NCBI GenBank assembly: GCA_013265495.1
Contig: MU058844.1
Coordinates: 8,677,490-8,741,489 of the forward strand
Direction of reading: 5' to 3'
Source of the DNA: Vicugna vicugna
Lineage: Eukaryota
DNA: 64,000 nt
Part shown: piece by piece, positions 1-12,836 of the stretch
Layout of the letters: each line of letters opens with the position of its first letter
Position numbering within the stretch: the first letter of the stretch is position 1
Notes under the pieces: model-generated
The model's database searches: none
What the model was told of the DNA's origin: nothing
The model's input: only the letters and a program-made list of their open reading frames with translations
Made by a program: the position numbers and the translations under genes

Positions 1-869
1 CCTGTGTTACAACTGGTCAAGTGAATACTTATGGTGGTACCACAGAAACCAAGGAGGAAAAACAAACCTTGTGGTGGAAAATGATGAGTTGGTTTCTGGA
101 TATGAGTTTGACAAGTCTACAGATTATAACCTTGAAGTTGTTTGAGCTCTCAGTGTCTTGCCATTTCAGGACATGTTAAAGATGTTATATAATTATATAA
201 TAGAAGTAAAACTATAAAATTAGATATAACATTTACTAATTATTAGCAAAGGACCCACTTCCTTTCTGTGTTTAAGTACTTGTTCCATAATTGCTAAATC
301 TTGATGCTATTTGTCAAAGCCAAAGGTTAGGAGGAAAAATGAAGAGCCCAGAAGCGTATAATAAATCATCTGTGCTTTCCTTTAACAAGAAACATAAGTG
401 TATATGAAATACCACTTACTATAATGGTATAGAAATAAAGTAGAATAAGAATTAGAAATATCCTGATTCCATAAACAGAGGAGCAAGCACTAGACTGAAT
501 AACATCAAGGTCAATAGTAACATATACAAAGAGAAAATAAAGCAAGATTTTTTTTAAGTCAAGATGAAAAAAAAATTATTATTGCAACATGGACACCCTG
601 GATGCTTGTAAAAAGGAGAGCATCTTTACATGGGAAAATATCTACCTGAAACATCACTTGGAGGAAGAGGGCTAGGCAGTAAGATTAGCAGCTGCAGTAT
701 GGAACTGATTCAGCAGCAGATGTGAAGCTAAACTCTTGTTTCCAAATTTGCTAGAGGGATGTAACCCCATTAGGGAGGAAGCTGAATCTAGGTTATACAA
801 TAATGAAATAGACAAAAGGCATAGCTAAACTGTACTCCATACTAAATCAATGAGAATTTCAGTGTAAAA

Positions 870-1072
870 GAGAGCAGAGAAGAAAGGAGAAAACGGGAGG
901 AAGAGAGTGAGATGGAGGTGGAAGATAAGAATGTGGGGGAGGAGGAAAATGAGACAAGGGTGATGGTTGGGATGGGGGGAGTGGTGCAGAGTTGGGAGGG
1001 AAGAGGAGAAGAGAGGAGAGGAAAAGAGGGGAGAGATGGGGGGACAGACAGAGAGAGAGAGAGAGGGAGAAT
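870..1072. repeat. GA-rich low-complexity / (GA)n simple repeat
   Basis: Purine-rich run ending in gagagagagagagaggga. It explains the overlapping low-complexity ORFs at 825-1273. Confidence 0.85.
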
Positions 1073-2484
1073 GTAACAAAGTAACCAGAGGACAACTGGA
1101 AAGTCTGATAACTGAAATATCCCCATGTGGTGATAATGAGGAGAATAAGAACAGGAACAATAACAGGAAATGTGGTCATCCTTACAACGATACCCTTCTA
1201 CCAAATCTTGGATAGATGACCACCATTTTCTCAAGAAGAAAAATAGACAGGAGTTCCAGGTTCCATGTGTCATGGCAGCTTTCCCTGCAATTAACTTCAG
1301 GTTTTATTCATTGTATTTGAATAGTTAAGATTATTATTAAAGTATAGGTTATTATAACTTAAAATAATAAATCTTAGAGATTATTTATGAATATTTAAAT
1401 TCCTCAATCATATCTTTGGACAAGTTGTCACTTTAAAATTGTCTTTAAAATGATACCTCAAAGTCACTTTTTCACTTTCTTTCTAGAATCATGAATTATA
1501 AATTATAGCATAGAAGTACTTATGAGACAAGACTGAAAAAGAGGTGGTTCATAACATCTTTGAAGTGGTTTTAAATTATTCTAATTTCAGCTTTTGAGTC
1601 CTGATATAATTTTCATTGAAACTATATATCTATATATATAATGAATAGTATAATAAAGGAATGAGGTTGTGAGTTTTTTTTTTTTGAATACTGACCTTTT
1701 AAAAAGATACCAACAAATTTTCATTTACTCAAATTACAGGTATTTAGAAATATAAGTTTCTAGTCTGACAGCAGTATTTGCTTCCTGGGTATGTGCTTCT
1801 TGTAAAACTTATGTGCATATTAATTGATTTATAGTTTTTTTAAAGGTCTATTTTCCTTTGAAATATTAACCAAAAATATCTAACATAGCACGGTATTTTC
1901 TTTTGTTCTTTTACATAAAAAGCAGTAGAAAAAGTATATTTATTTAATTACTAAGTATTTAGAACACCTAATATGTGCCAATTACTGTGTGCTCACTACT
2001 GTCAATTGTTTGAATCAGAATATAAATATAACACTACTAAAAAATCAGCTGGAGTCTTATCAAGTTATATCACTGAAATAAAAATTCCATGATTGTTTGG
2101 AAATCTTTCTGTACAACTAAGATGGATTCTGCAGCTCATCAGTTTAAAGGGCAGAGAGGGAAAGGATGTTTATTCCAGAGGGTAAACATGACTAAACTGA
2201 AGAACTCCCAAGACTTAAATGGACGTGAGACAGTATAAAAAAAATATGTGCTTAAATATTTACTTACTTGGTAACATGTGATGACATAGTGTTAAACTGA
2301 CATTTTGTGCTATTCTACTCTTTCAACTTTGCAACAGTGAAGCTTTCAGATATCTCTGCTGGTTTAGCATTATACTTTTAGGTTAGGGTAAAACCTATGC
2401 CTCTAAAATTTATTGCTTGCTCAGCACACCTTGTCTGGACCACTGGGATAAGTAGGATTCTGCTTACTAAGTGGATCACAGCAG

Positions 2485-2985
2485 TTTGGTAGCCAGCTTC
2501 CAAGATGGTGTCTAATGAGTCCTGTCTCTCTGCATTCATATCTTTACATAGTTCCTTACCACAGTGCACCAGGGTTGTCTCTGTTATCAACAGCAACTAG
2601 CAGAAGTGATGGTATAGCACAAGGTTATGTGTAAAAGACTGGAGCTTCTGTTTTGGGATCTTTCTCTCTGTCTCTTTATTGCCACTTACTTTAGGGAAAG
2701 TCATCATGTAGTATGAGTAGCTCTATGGAGAGGCCCACATGGTAGAGAACTGAAATCACCAGAAATCACATGAGTTGACTTGCAAACTGATTTTCAGCCC
2801 CTTTGGAGGACAGCAGCTTTGGCTGACTTGACTACAACCTCATGAGAGATTCTGACCTAAAACCACACAGCTAAACCCAAGCCCAGCTTGAATTCCTGAC
2901 CATCATTAACCAGTGTTGAGGTACATGTCAACTTAAGCTGCTAATCTGGGAATATTTTGTTACATAGTAATAGATAACTAATATA
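2485..2985 (+). mobile_element. MaLR solo LTR, MLT1F-like
   Basis: Starts tttggtagccagcttccaagatgg, contains ctctatggagaggcccacatgg and caacctcatgagagattctga, and ends ttgttacatagtaatagataactaatata, the typical MLT1 3' terminus. Confidence 0.8.
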
Positions 2986-4866
2986 TCTGTAAATTATTTT
3001 TGTCTTTTGGATTTTGGGTGAAACTAGGCCATGGTTCAACACAATGAATTTTCAATGACTGAAATCTGTTCTTAGGGTAAACTCAGGAAAACTTACAGAG
3101 ACTTGCCATATTTTCCATGAAGTAGAAAATACTTGTCATCTTATTTTTTCAGCCTTCTTTTTTCTTAAGTCCATGGACATGTCTTAAAGAAAGGAAGGCA
3201 AGGAGAGAGGACATAAAAGAGGGATTGTCTGGGAGCATACTGAATGCTTGTTATATTTCAAGACTTGAGCTAGACAATTGAATCTTGTCAACAATGTCAA
3301 CAAATCTTGCCAACTCCCATTTTACTTAGAAAAGTTAGATGACATCATGCAGCTAAAATGTTTCACAACCAGAATGCAAACATGGATATGCTTGAGTCCA
3401 GTGACTGATTTACATTATACAAAGCTGCTCAACAAAACCATCAAATAATTAAGTCCATAATGTATGAAAGCCATTTCATCCAGGTCACTTGGAACTTCTG
3501 TTAAAATGTTTGGGAAATCCAGTCTAAAGGGAGAAGACTATCTGTAATGACAGATTTGTTGTAAGGCTAAAAAGAGAAAACAAGTGCAAACAAAGCTTTC
3601 ACCACTGTATAGAACCAGGCAATATAAGGCCTGGTATGATTTTTGTAGGTCTTGTGGCAGATGCTCAATACGTATCTGTTGATGGATGAAACTGCTGAAC
3701 AGAAGTAGATTTTATCATTTTGTATGCAAAATGAGTTTTTAATACATATTAGCTTGATAATATCCCCATGTTTCTACAAGATAGCATAGATTTCAATTTT
3801 TTCTAAACATTTATTATGTATTAATATCCTGTACTGAGAATCTATTTTTGAAATACTTCTCTACATACAAAATTTATGAAAGGATAATAATCTTCAAGTC
3901 AAGTATGTAGAATGTGACCACTCTGCATTGTCTGAAGTACAAGAACATAGATGAAACAATTTTAAATTGCTGAAAACATATGTGTCAATATCAGTTTGGC
4001 TTACTTTATTTTATCTTGTATTTGCCAGTTGGTTTTAGACATGTGTATCATTTGATGTCTGTGTAATGTTAGCTGAGGTATTACCAATGTGCATTTCTGG
4101 GAATAATTTGCTTTGATTAATTTCAAATGGATTTGCAGTTATTCCTTTCAACTGAATATGTTGATGGCATGTTTGTACTTTTGTCCTCCTGTTTTACAAA
4201 TGTCAATTCTAAAAGCAGCCATATTTACCGACAAAGTTTACTAACTTATGTTTATAGCTAGTTAAGTAAGTGAACAATTGAATAATTCTACATGCAAGCT
4301 ATTGGTTTCTCATAGGGAATGAAGAATCAAGTGAAAACCTGAAAATGAAGGTTTGGCTGGAGCGCAATAATTGCTTTGTAATTTTGACGAGCCACAGGTT
4401 AGATCTCAGTATTCCTATATGTTATAGAAATATTTTAAAAATTATTTTTGAAATTATTTTGAGTTCCATGGCAGACAAGACAGGAATTTATTTGGTAACT
4501 ACACATAATGAGTTAAGATTAGAGCCCATGTGGCTGGCTGGTTAAGGCTTCTAACATGAGATCTGGGGCTAGATTCATACTTATGGCTATTCAAAGAATG
4601 AAAAATTGTGATAAAAAGTAAACTACACAGAGGTATAAAGTTGGAGAAGCTAGTCATTCAGGTTATGATAAGGCTTTTGGATTCTGGGGAACCACAGAAG
4701 GGTATTAAAGAGGAGATAAATGATCCGTTTTGAACAATAGAAAGATCATCTAATGGCAAATGGATTAAAATGGAGGCAATAAGACTGATCATATGGCTGA
4801 AACAGACAAGAGATGCTGGCTTGTTAATAAGGATGGTTAGAGTTGGATGCAATTCTGAACAATTGG

Positions 4867-5360
4867 TATATTAATTAGAAAGGCATTTGGCTGCAAGTAG
4901 TAGAAAACCTAGCTTACAGTGGTAAATGTCTAGTTTATATTTTTTTAACAAACAGACTTCTAAAAGTAGATGGTGGCTTAAGTTGGTTCAGGAACTCAGT
5001 GATGTAAGGACCAGTGCCTGCAGTTCTTTGGAAAATCACATGCTTGTTTCCTCTTGAACACAGAAGTGATGCAGGATAATGGCTGAAGGAAAAATGACTG
5101 TGCTAGGTACATATGTCCCTTTTCATCATGAAAGGAAAAGCTTTCCCAGAAACTCTCTCAGCAGACTTCCTTTTAAGTCTTATTGGCCAGAGCTAGATTC
5201 CACAGCCATCCTAATTTGAGGGGAGATTGGGAAATCAGGGAAAAGTATGGTCATGATTGATTATCATGATCCATCACTACAGTGCCATATTGCTTCCTTA
5301 AATAAAATCATGTTCTGTTAGCAAAGAAGAAGAGAGAATTAACAGTTAGCCATTCCACAG
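4867..5360 (-). mobile_element. Old MaLR LTR (MLT1J/K/L-like)
   Basis: ttggctgcaagtagtagaaaacct...ctttcccagaaactctctcagcagacttcc...tcttattggccagagctag...aaataaaatcatgttctgttagcaaagaagaag matches reverse-strand late MLT1 LTR blocks. Confidence 0.7.
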
Positions 5361-5861
5361 TTAGCCATTCTGACCCAAGCGGCACAGCGGAAGAGGTTGC
5401 TGTGACTCTTTCTGTACTCAGGTGTAAATGTACTGCTTCATCAACTGATTCATGTCCATGATTGTTATGAAGCATTAACTAATGAATATGTAACCTAAAG
5501 GGATGTGAAAATTCAATTAAAAAACAAAGTTTCTCAAGCAGTTTAATTTTCCGTATCTCCTATTTTTATTTATATCACACATACAACCTGTACCAGCTAA
5601 AGCATCTCTCTCTTTCAGTCAGGCCGCTGCAGAGCTTTTTGTCCCGTGATGATAAAATGCATTCTTTTCATTTCAATGTGAAGGAATTGAAATATGGGCT
5701 TCAGAACCAGAATGTCAAAGGCTACCACCATACCACTGACCTGCATGGAGAATTTTTCATTATTCAGATATTTTCCATTTTAAACTTTTTTTCATCAAAG
5801 CAATTGATTTTTCTTGTATCAGTAGTTCCTCAGTAGAGGGAGAATCAGATGATTATACAAC

Positions 5862-5892
5862 CTTGCGCAATCTGCTTCAGTTCTTAGGCAAC
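5862..5892. promoter_or_regulatory. C/EBP palindrome plus adjacent RFX-like motif
   Basis: cTTGCGCAAT at 5862-5871 (9/10 to ATTGCGCAAT) and GTTCTTAGGCAAC at 5880-5892, in unique DNA that retains CpGs. Motif match only. Confidence 0.35.
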
Positions 5893-6534
5893 AACCGCCG
5901 AAAGAACATTAACTCCAGGGAGCCTTCACCAGGGTTGAAGAGCTGTGGCATCTGGCATGTTAATCTGGGATTTTTGTAAAGTCAGGAAAAATAAAATATC
6001 TTCCATGTATTTTTAATTCATTTTAAAAAAATGTAATGACGTGGACCTTTAAACGTTATCAATTTAGCAATTGAATAACAGTAATCAAGCTCTTTGTTGA
6101 AATGAAGGTATTATGTGATTCTCTAAGATATAGTGAAAAGACCGTGCTTCCTGCTACTGTGCATAAATACTACTTAACATATCTTTAAGGGTAAACTGAG
6201 TATCTTAAGCAGTTCTGTTATAGAGTAATTTTCTGGATAGAAACTACAAAATATGTGCCTAAAATATATAATCAGAATAAAGAAAAGTTAATTATCTTAG
6301 CCAATTAAATTAATGTTATGTTTTCTACTATTTTCTATTGTATTTTCTGTTTTCATAGTTTATATTTACATACGATATATTTTTACTGCTATACACTATA
6401 AATAAAAATAGGGTGAAATAGATACATTCTATTCCACAATGTGCTTACATGTTAGATTATAGGCTAAATAAATAGCCCACTCATCAGAAAAATAAAACAA
6501 TTATCAATGTAATTCTTAGAGTCATTGAATTTTA

Positions 6535-6640
6535 TTTTATTTATTTTTGTGGGGGGAGGTAATTAGGTTTGTTTGTTTGTTTGTTTATAGAGGCAGTACT
6601 GGGGATTGAACCTCTATCACTTGAGCTAGACCTTCTCCTA
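6535..6640 (-). mobile_element. Camelid Vic-1-type tRNA-derived SINE, internally deleted
   Basis: Reverse complement reads ggagaaggtctagctcaagtgatagag-gttcaatccccagtac...(aaac)n-ctaattacctcccccc-A tail. Degenerate TSD gagtcattgaatttta (6519-6534) / gagtgattaaatttta (6643-6658). Confidence 0.8.
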
Positions 6641-6642
6641 TT

Positions 6643-6810
6643 GAGTGATTAAATTTTAGATTACAGAGATGGTTTGGGAGATCAACTGCTTAAACCTACT
6701 CATTTTGCTGATAAAGAAATATAAAGCCTAGCACTGAGTTACCTGTTCAAGATCTCACAGCTTCCTAGGAACAGTCAATCACAAGCTCCTAACATTCAGT
6801 GTTTTCTCAT
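6643..6810 (-). mobile_element. MIR/MIR3 remnant (host of the SINE insertion)
   Basis: ggagatcaactgcttaaacctactcattttgctgataaagaaat...gttacctgttcaagatctcacagct resembles the MIR core on the reverse strand. Confidence 0.55.
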
Positions 6811-7011
6811 GATCCGAAATGCATTTTCTTAAATATACAGATATAGTCATTACTCAAAACAGGAAATCCGTCAACTGTATCCTAACATGAGATAGATGAA
6901 ATTGGTTTATTATGCACCAAAGAGCTTCTTAGGTTGTTACTCTTTGAATTTCAATTTGTAGAAGGGTGGAATCTGTGGAAAGGTGGGAGATAGTTGACTG
7001 GGAATCAGGGT

Positions 7012-7145
7012 TTTGTTTCATTCATTTATATAATAGATACATATGGAGTATCTGTCCAGTGCCATGTACTGTCTGAGGAGCTAGGGCTACAAAAGTGTAC
7101 ACAACGTACAATGCTTCTCAAGGCATTAGCATTTAGAGAAGGTAA
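7012..7145 (-). mobile_element. L2 3' end remnant
   Basis: ttcattcatttatataatagatacatatggagtatctgtccagtgccatgtactgtctgaggagctagggctacaaaagtg is a degenerate antisense L2 tail. Confidence 0.5.
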
Positions 7146-7699
7146 GAAGGGATTAAGCAGGCAAAGGAATAAACAAAAAATGTATTTATCTGAATATGTT
7201 CATTCTTAACACCTTTTTACAATGAAATTTTCCATCTTTGAGAGAGCCTACACACATTCTTTGAAGTAGAGGCAAAAACAGTTATTGTTTAGTATTTTTT
7301 GAAACTTTGTATAAATTTCTTTAGTAAAGGGATTATCTAGCTTTCTTCCAACACTGTACACTAGAAAATTAAGGGATTTGGAATAAAACACAGCTAGTTT
7401 CCTATCTGCATTCAACCATATATGATATTTGTGACTTAACTATTATAAGCCTATCACCTCACCTATTAAATAGACCTAACACTATGCCTAACACATATTA
7501 GGTACTCAATAGATGCTATTTCCATTTTCTCTCATTATTCTTAGGGTTAGCTCTACGTTGAGAACTATAGATACAGTGTCCCAGATAGGCCTGACCAAAT
7601 CTCCTATCTAAGGACTCTCTATACAGAATCTAATTCTGTTAGAATTATAGACTGAGTAGTTACTAAAAGTAACTACGTAGATAGCAATATCTTGATATT

Positions 7700-8515
7700 T
7701 TGTTCTCTAGCTGAGGACACAACCAAGTCTTCACTACACCTTTCTACCATGTTATGAGTGATAAGATCAGTAAATCCCATGAACATTAGCCCTTTCTTTG
7801 GCTATGTCTTTTGCCATTTATCTGATACTTAAAAGAGGTGTTGAGTGGGACAAAATGTTGATGTATTAGTAAGTCCACAGATGGTGGTTTTGATAAAAGT
7901 ATGATGAGTAAGGAAAGTAAATTCAAAAGCAGAATGAGTGTCTATTTTCATGAGGACTTTTTATTGCCTTCTTCATGATGGAAGAGAACCAATGTAGTCA
8001 ATCTGCCACCATCTAGCTAGCTAATTTTATTGAAGCATGATAGCATGCAGAAATTTTAGAGTTGGTCACCACTTCCAAAACACTGGGTGACAGTGGTGGA
8101 AGACAGATCAGTCTTCATGAAGACAGCCCATGCATGATTTATGTCCATGCCACCGAGGTCACCCACCTTGTTAAAAGCCCAATGAGGAAGCTCTAGGTTG
8201 CTGGGAAGGAAGGTACTAACATCTGGAGTAGGTGCATATGTGCATCAGATTATTAATTCTCTGTTGAAGTGTTTTGTTGAGTCTTTCCCAATGTTCTTAG
8301 TCACAAATCTTTAACCTTGTTTCTTACAAGTCTCTGATCATTAGCCACAGCCCAGTAATAATTGGTACATCTCCTTCCCTCAGGCCATCTATCTTTGCAG
8401 GCACGGTGGCCAATGAGAAGATATATGGCTAATATTCTGCCTGCTGAAAGGATTTCCTTTAGTCCTTGACCTTCAGAGTCTTTCAGAATGTGGTTAAAAT
8501 AGTTCACTTTTGGAT
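7700..8515 (-). mobile_element. ERV-L (class III) internal pol remnant: RNase H to integrase
   Basis: The minus strand encodes WWQIDYIGSLPS (about 7975-8011), followed by a degenerate VL..IDT...FTFL integrase block. ORF 8301-8507 (LKDSEGQG...KDRWPE...WAVAN) resembles ERV-L RNase H. Many stops and frameshifts. Confidence 0.8.
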
Positions 8516-9224
8516 CTGTTTCTGGGATTTAGACTCTTCCATCTATTTGTCTATGTCAAGTGGTTTAGATTATATTTACTTTATGGCAAAGTTTAATAAC
8601 TAATAGTGTATACTTTCAGGATTTTTCTTTAACAAATGACTGCTAATTCTTGTGTATTTCTTCTTTTATGTGATCTTTTATATTAATTTAGGAAAACTGG
8701 ATAGACATTCTATTGTTTAACTCATCACTTACTCAGGGCTCATTTTAAGACTTTCAATAAAATTGAGCATATATTTTGCCTGGTTTTAAACGCCCTCTAT
8801 AATAGGACCTCACTCAGACTTTTCAACTTTGCCTCAATGATCAGTCAGGCTCTTCCTCACTCACACAGCTATTTAAATTAATAAGAGCAACAAAATATTA
8901 TGAACTTACTGTCTGTTTGTTACCAAGAAGTTAGCAGAGTTGGTCAAAATATGCTCCCTTTCTTCTAGAAATTTGCAATGTAGTGGAACAAACTTGCTAT
9001 TCACAAGTAACAACTGCACAAGCTAGTCTGCAATAAATGTTCAGTAATAAAGACATGAATGAATTAGAAATCCAGCTTACCCATCCTGTCTCTATCACTT
9101 CCTCAATGTTTACCCATCTTCTAATCCCAGATCAAATCATTTTCTACATGAAGTCTTCTCTCATGACCATATGTCGTAGTGATCTCATTCATTTCATTAC
9201 ATTTCATAATATTAACTATACGAC

Positions 9225-9450
9225 TAACATTACATGCATTTCTACTTTGTGCCAGATATTGTCAAAAGTGCTTTAAGACAAGTTATTCTCCAAATTTTAC
9301 ATAGAAGGATATATTATTATCATTCTTATTTTATTGATGAGGGGACAGAGGCTCAAAGAATTTTCCTCCTCCAAAGTCATTCAATTAATAACTGGCAGAA
9401 TTTAAATTTGATCCTAGATTTGTTTGGCTTCAAGGTTCAGATTTTTTCCA
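9225..9450 (-). mobile_element. MIR SINE
   Basis: tactttgtgccagatattgtc...ttattttattgatgaggggacagaggctcaaaga...aagtcattcaattaataactggcagaa. Confidence 0.7.
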
Positions 9451-9789
9451 ACACATTTCCTCTTCACTCAATTATACACCACAGTTTTTTAGATCTCCCT
9501 GCCCCCGCCCCATTGAGTCATGTATACTATTTTATTTCCTTAATGCCCATTTGATACTAAAATTCTAACATGTTGGCTGCACTTACGCAGCATCATAAAC
9601 AATTATATTACATATCTCACAAATTTCGTAGTCCATTTTTTTCCTTAAAAGAAAATTTCTTCTTTCACCCAGTAAAAGGCTGAAAGATATGAATTTTTCA
9701 GTACATATCTTTCTATTTTATCACTAGGCCATGCTATAAAATAGTGAGTTTAGGATTCATAAATATTCTAGTTTAAAATGTAATAAGAG

Positions 9790-9929
9790 AGAGAGGATAT
9801 AGCTTATTGGTAGAGTGCATGCTTAGTATGCATGAGGGCCTGGATTCAATCCCCAGTACCTCCATTAAAACAAACAAACAAACAAACAAACCTACCTAAT
9901 TACTTCCTGCCTTCCCCGCCAAAAAAAAA
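9790..9929 (+). mobile_element. Camelid Vic-1-type tRNA-derived SINE (full length)
   Basis: gagaggatatagcttattggtagagtgcatgcttagtatgcatgagggcctggattcaatccccagtacctcc carries Pol III A/B boxes, followed by (aaac)n, cctaattacttcc and an A tail. Degenerate TSD atgtaataaga / atgtaatcaga. Confidence 0.88.
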
Positions 9930-9999
9930 TTATGTAATCAGAATCACATTTTGATTGGTATACATGACACTTAATCCTGTCTAAAATATCCATTTCCTT

Positions 10000-10590
10000 C
10001 ATCATTTACTTATTCAATGTCTATTTGTTAACTGCCTATTTTGCTGTCTTTCTGCCAGACTGGGGATAGGGTGGCAGATAAGTGAGGGTAAGATGGGGGT
10101 GCACAGGCAGGAAACACATTCCTGTTTTCAGTATTCCTGGAGAATGTGACACCTAAACTGAGATCTGATGGATGAGGATTAGCTAGACAAAGCAGAGGAA
10201 GAGCATTTTAAACAAGGGAAAAAGTACATGTAGAAGCTCTGAGGTTTAGGAGAGTATGGAAATTACTGAAACAGAACGTATGTGCTGGTACCGAGTGGGA
10301 CTTGGGGGTGTGTGGTAGGAAATGGGGAGAGAAAAGACCTGAGCTGCATGGAGTAGAATTGGTTACACAGCTTTTGAAAAGTCTGGACTCTGTCTTGAAG
10401 TCAGTGAGCAACGTCTAGGAGACTTCAAAGAGGAGTGTGACGTTCAGAACTGTGTAATACTAGCTGCACTTTGGAGGATGCAGTGGGTTGGGGGAGATGA
10501 TAAGGTTTAAAGCAGAGAGCTCAGTTAAGTGGATGAATCAGAAAGATACTGAAGGTGGAACTGGCAGGACTTTGAGACCGAATGAATACA
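10000..10590 (-). mobile_element. L2 LINE remnant
   Basis: catttacttattcaatgtctatttgttaactgcc...ttcctggagaatgtgacacctaaactgagatctgatggatgagg...ggaagagcattttaaacaagggaaaaagtacatgtagaagctctgagg. Confidence 0.7.
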
Positions 10591-11599
10591 GAGATTCAGA
10601 AGTACTGCAGACTAAAAACAGTAGACTAGCCACATGCAAACTGAAGCTACAATTTTTTGAAGAAAATATTAAGGCACAATAATTGCAAAGATGATTATAA
10701 TTATGGGTGTTATTTCCTGATAAGTTATATAGTGGAAATGAAGTATTTTATAAACAGTATTTAAAAATAATTTCTAGGCAATATATCATATGTTAAAATG
10801 GCCTTCAGATAAAGGTTGTTTGAGATTTTTGAAATGCCATAATTTTCTCCGTTTCTGGTTTTATTTACAAACAGTATTTACTTAGCCAAAGAGCCTCAGG
10901 AAAACAGTGATTCTCCATTATACACAGTGGGGTTGGATAGTTCAAAGCTAATTAACTGCTTACATTAACATTTACCTGGCAATGCAGAATGTGATGTGAT
11001 ATTTTTAAATACATGTATTTAATTTGCTATTACGTGTTCTTGCTGCTATGAGACATTAGTACTACCCAGAAATCTCTTTTTCTTTGTTTCCTCATTGCTA
11101 CCAAATATTGACTCTTTCCAAATTGTTGCATTAACATTTTCTTTTTTTGCCCCCTGATTCTTCTGTTTTCCCTATAGGTGAAATATACAAGATGAAAATT
11201 AAACTAAAATTAAACATAGTCAAAACATGATTTCATCCAACCTCAGCATATTCTCTAATGAATGGAAATCTCATTATACACTAATGTCCTAAGAATGAAA
11301 GTAAATGACACAGAAAAATTACCAATAAAGAATAGGGGAAGTGAATGAACTAATTGCCATGAGAGGACAAATGATTACTCTACGAATACTTTTATGTTAT
11401 TTAAATGCAGTGCACTCTTGTGGTATCAATATTCCTCAGTTATTTAATCCAAGCTATTATTATTTGAAGGAATGCTTATTCCAGGGTACAACAGAAGGCA
11501 AGCACCAATGGTATAGTAACACTAATTAGAAGTTTTTCATCATATTGGTGAGTTAATTTGTTTTTCATGTTTTATTTATATTCTACCCACATTTGAAAG

Positions 11600-11812
11600 T
11601 ATTTTAATAAACAGTTTCATATTCTTTACCTTTTTCGATCCTACCAATAATTCTGTTAGAAAATCATTTTTATCCTCATTATATGTAAGAGAAAAACTGA
11701 GACTCGGTGAGGTTAAGTGACTTTACTGACAACACTAAGCTGGTAAATATCAGAGCTGACACTCAAACTTAGGCGTTCTGACTCTAAATACTATTCTCTC
11801 CCCTGGATCATT
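11600..11812 (-). mobile_element. MIR SINE
   Basis: gaaaaactgagactcggtgaggttaagtgactttactgacaacactaagctggtaaatatcagagctgacactcaaacttaggcgttctgactctaaa. Confidence 0.8.
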
Positions 11813-12819
11813 ATGCTTGAAAAAATGGTGAATTGTAGTGGCTCATTTTCAATTCCACTAACATCAACTGAATGCTAATTAAGTGCTGTATGTTAATTAT
11901 GTGCTGCTCCCCTCAAGGTGCTGACACTAACAGCAGATCTTGTCTCAAATACAGATACCTTCAATACTTGGAATATGCCATTTCATTTACATTTTTTTGA
12001 GTTAATATATTCTTCAGTAAAGAATTTTTTCTTTTTATTGAATTTACGAAAGTAAAAGAAATACCATCCATTGTGAAAAATGTGAAGAATTAAATTACAA
12101 TTCAGATTGTTTTCATTAGATATCAGTGGTAGAATAGGAGGTGACAGTCTATATTGGTAACTCAGTCATCACAGAACTAGTGGAATCTTTCAAGTGTTAC
12201 GTTTAAAGTTAATTCTCTTTAAACAAAGAGGATCTATCTTTTTGAGTGGTTTGAGTGATGAACTTCAAGTAGCTTTTTACAAATAAGGAAAAACAAATAC
12301 ATATTTCTAACAGGCTTCCATACAGTTTGGGGAGCACCTTATTTAACTAGAGACAGGACCTACTCTTGTATTTCAAAAGTAGTCTTAAAAGAAAGAATGA
12401 TGTTAGAACTACTTTTCCTTTTATTGCAGATCCACATTAAATCTAAATTTCTTCCATTAAAAAAATTTCCCCCATTACATAAGCTTGAGTCTTAGATGAG
12501 TTTAGATAATGTTTTCAATTACAAATATTGATTTATTAAGGATTTTCTAAGAATGAAATGATTGCCAATAGAGCAAGCAATGCTCTCAGTTTGCAGCCAG
12601 CTGATTATTAGGTTAATAGACCACAAGCAGAAATTCTCATAGGTAAATGGTCAAATACAAATTACAATGCTCTAAATAAAATTATCTTGGTGAAATGTGA
12701 ACATTTTAATATGCTTGAAATTTCTATTTACAGCATTTTTTTTCCAGTTTACTTCCTTTTATTGCCAGAGAGAGAGAGAGAGAAAATGCTTGTTGATCTT
12801 TGAAAACTTGGTTCTTCGT

Positions 12820-12836
12820 TAGTGCCTCTTGCTGGA
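12820..12836 (-). promoter_or_regulatory. CTCF-like motif
   Basis: Minus strand CCAGCAAGAGGCACT matches CCASYAGRKGGCRSY at 13/15 positions, in unique DNA. Confidence 0.3.

Noticed and set aside
825..1273. Four overlapping ORFs of 82-143 aa
   Set aside because: They are open only because of the GA/TC low-complexity tract, giving S/P/L- or E/G/R-rich translations with no domain.
5639..5836. 65-aa ORF, and a possible C/D snoRNA (GTGATGA at about 5646, CTGA at about 5736)
   Set aside because: No recognisable protein, non-ATG start, no terminal stem and no recognisable guide sequence.
9790..9865. tRNA-like sequence with A and B boxes
   Set aside because: It is a SINE head, followed by the SINE body, an A tail and a TSD, and it lacks a proper acceptor stem.
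11130..11555. Plus-strand acceptor (cctatAG at about 11177) and donor (tgGTGAGT at about 11548)
   Set aside because: The intervening sequence is AT-rich with stops, and isolated splice-like motifs are expected by chance.
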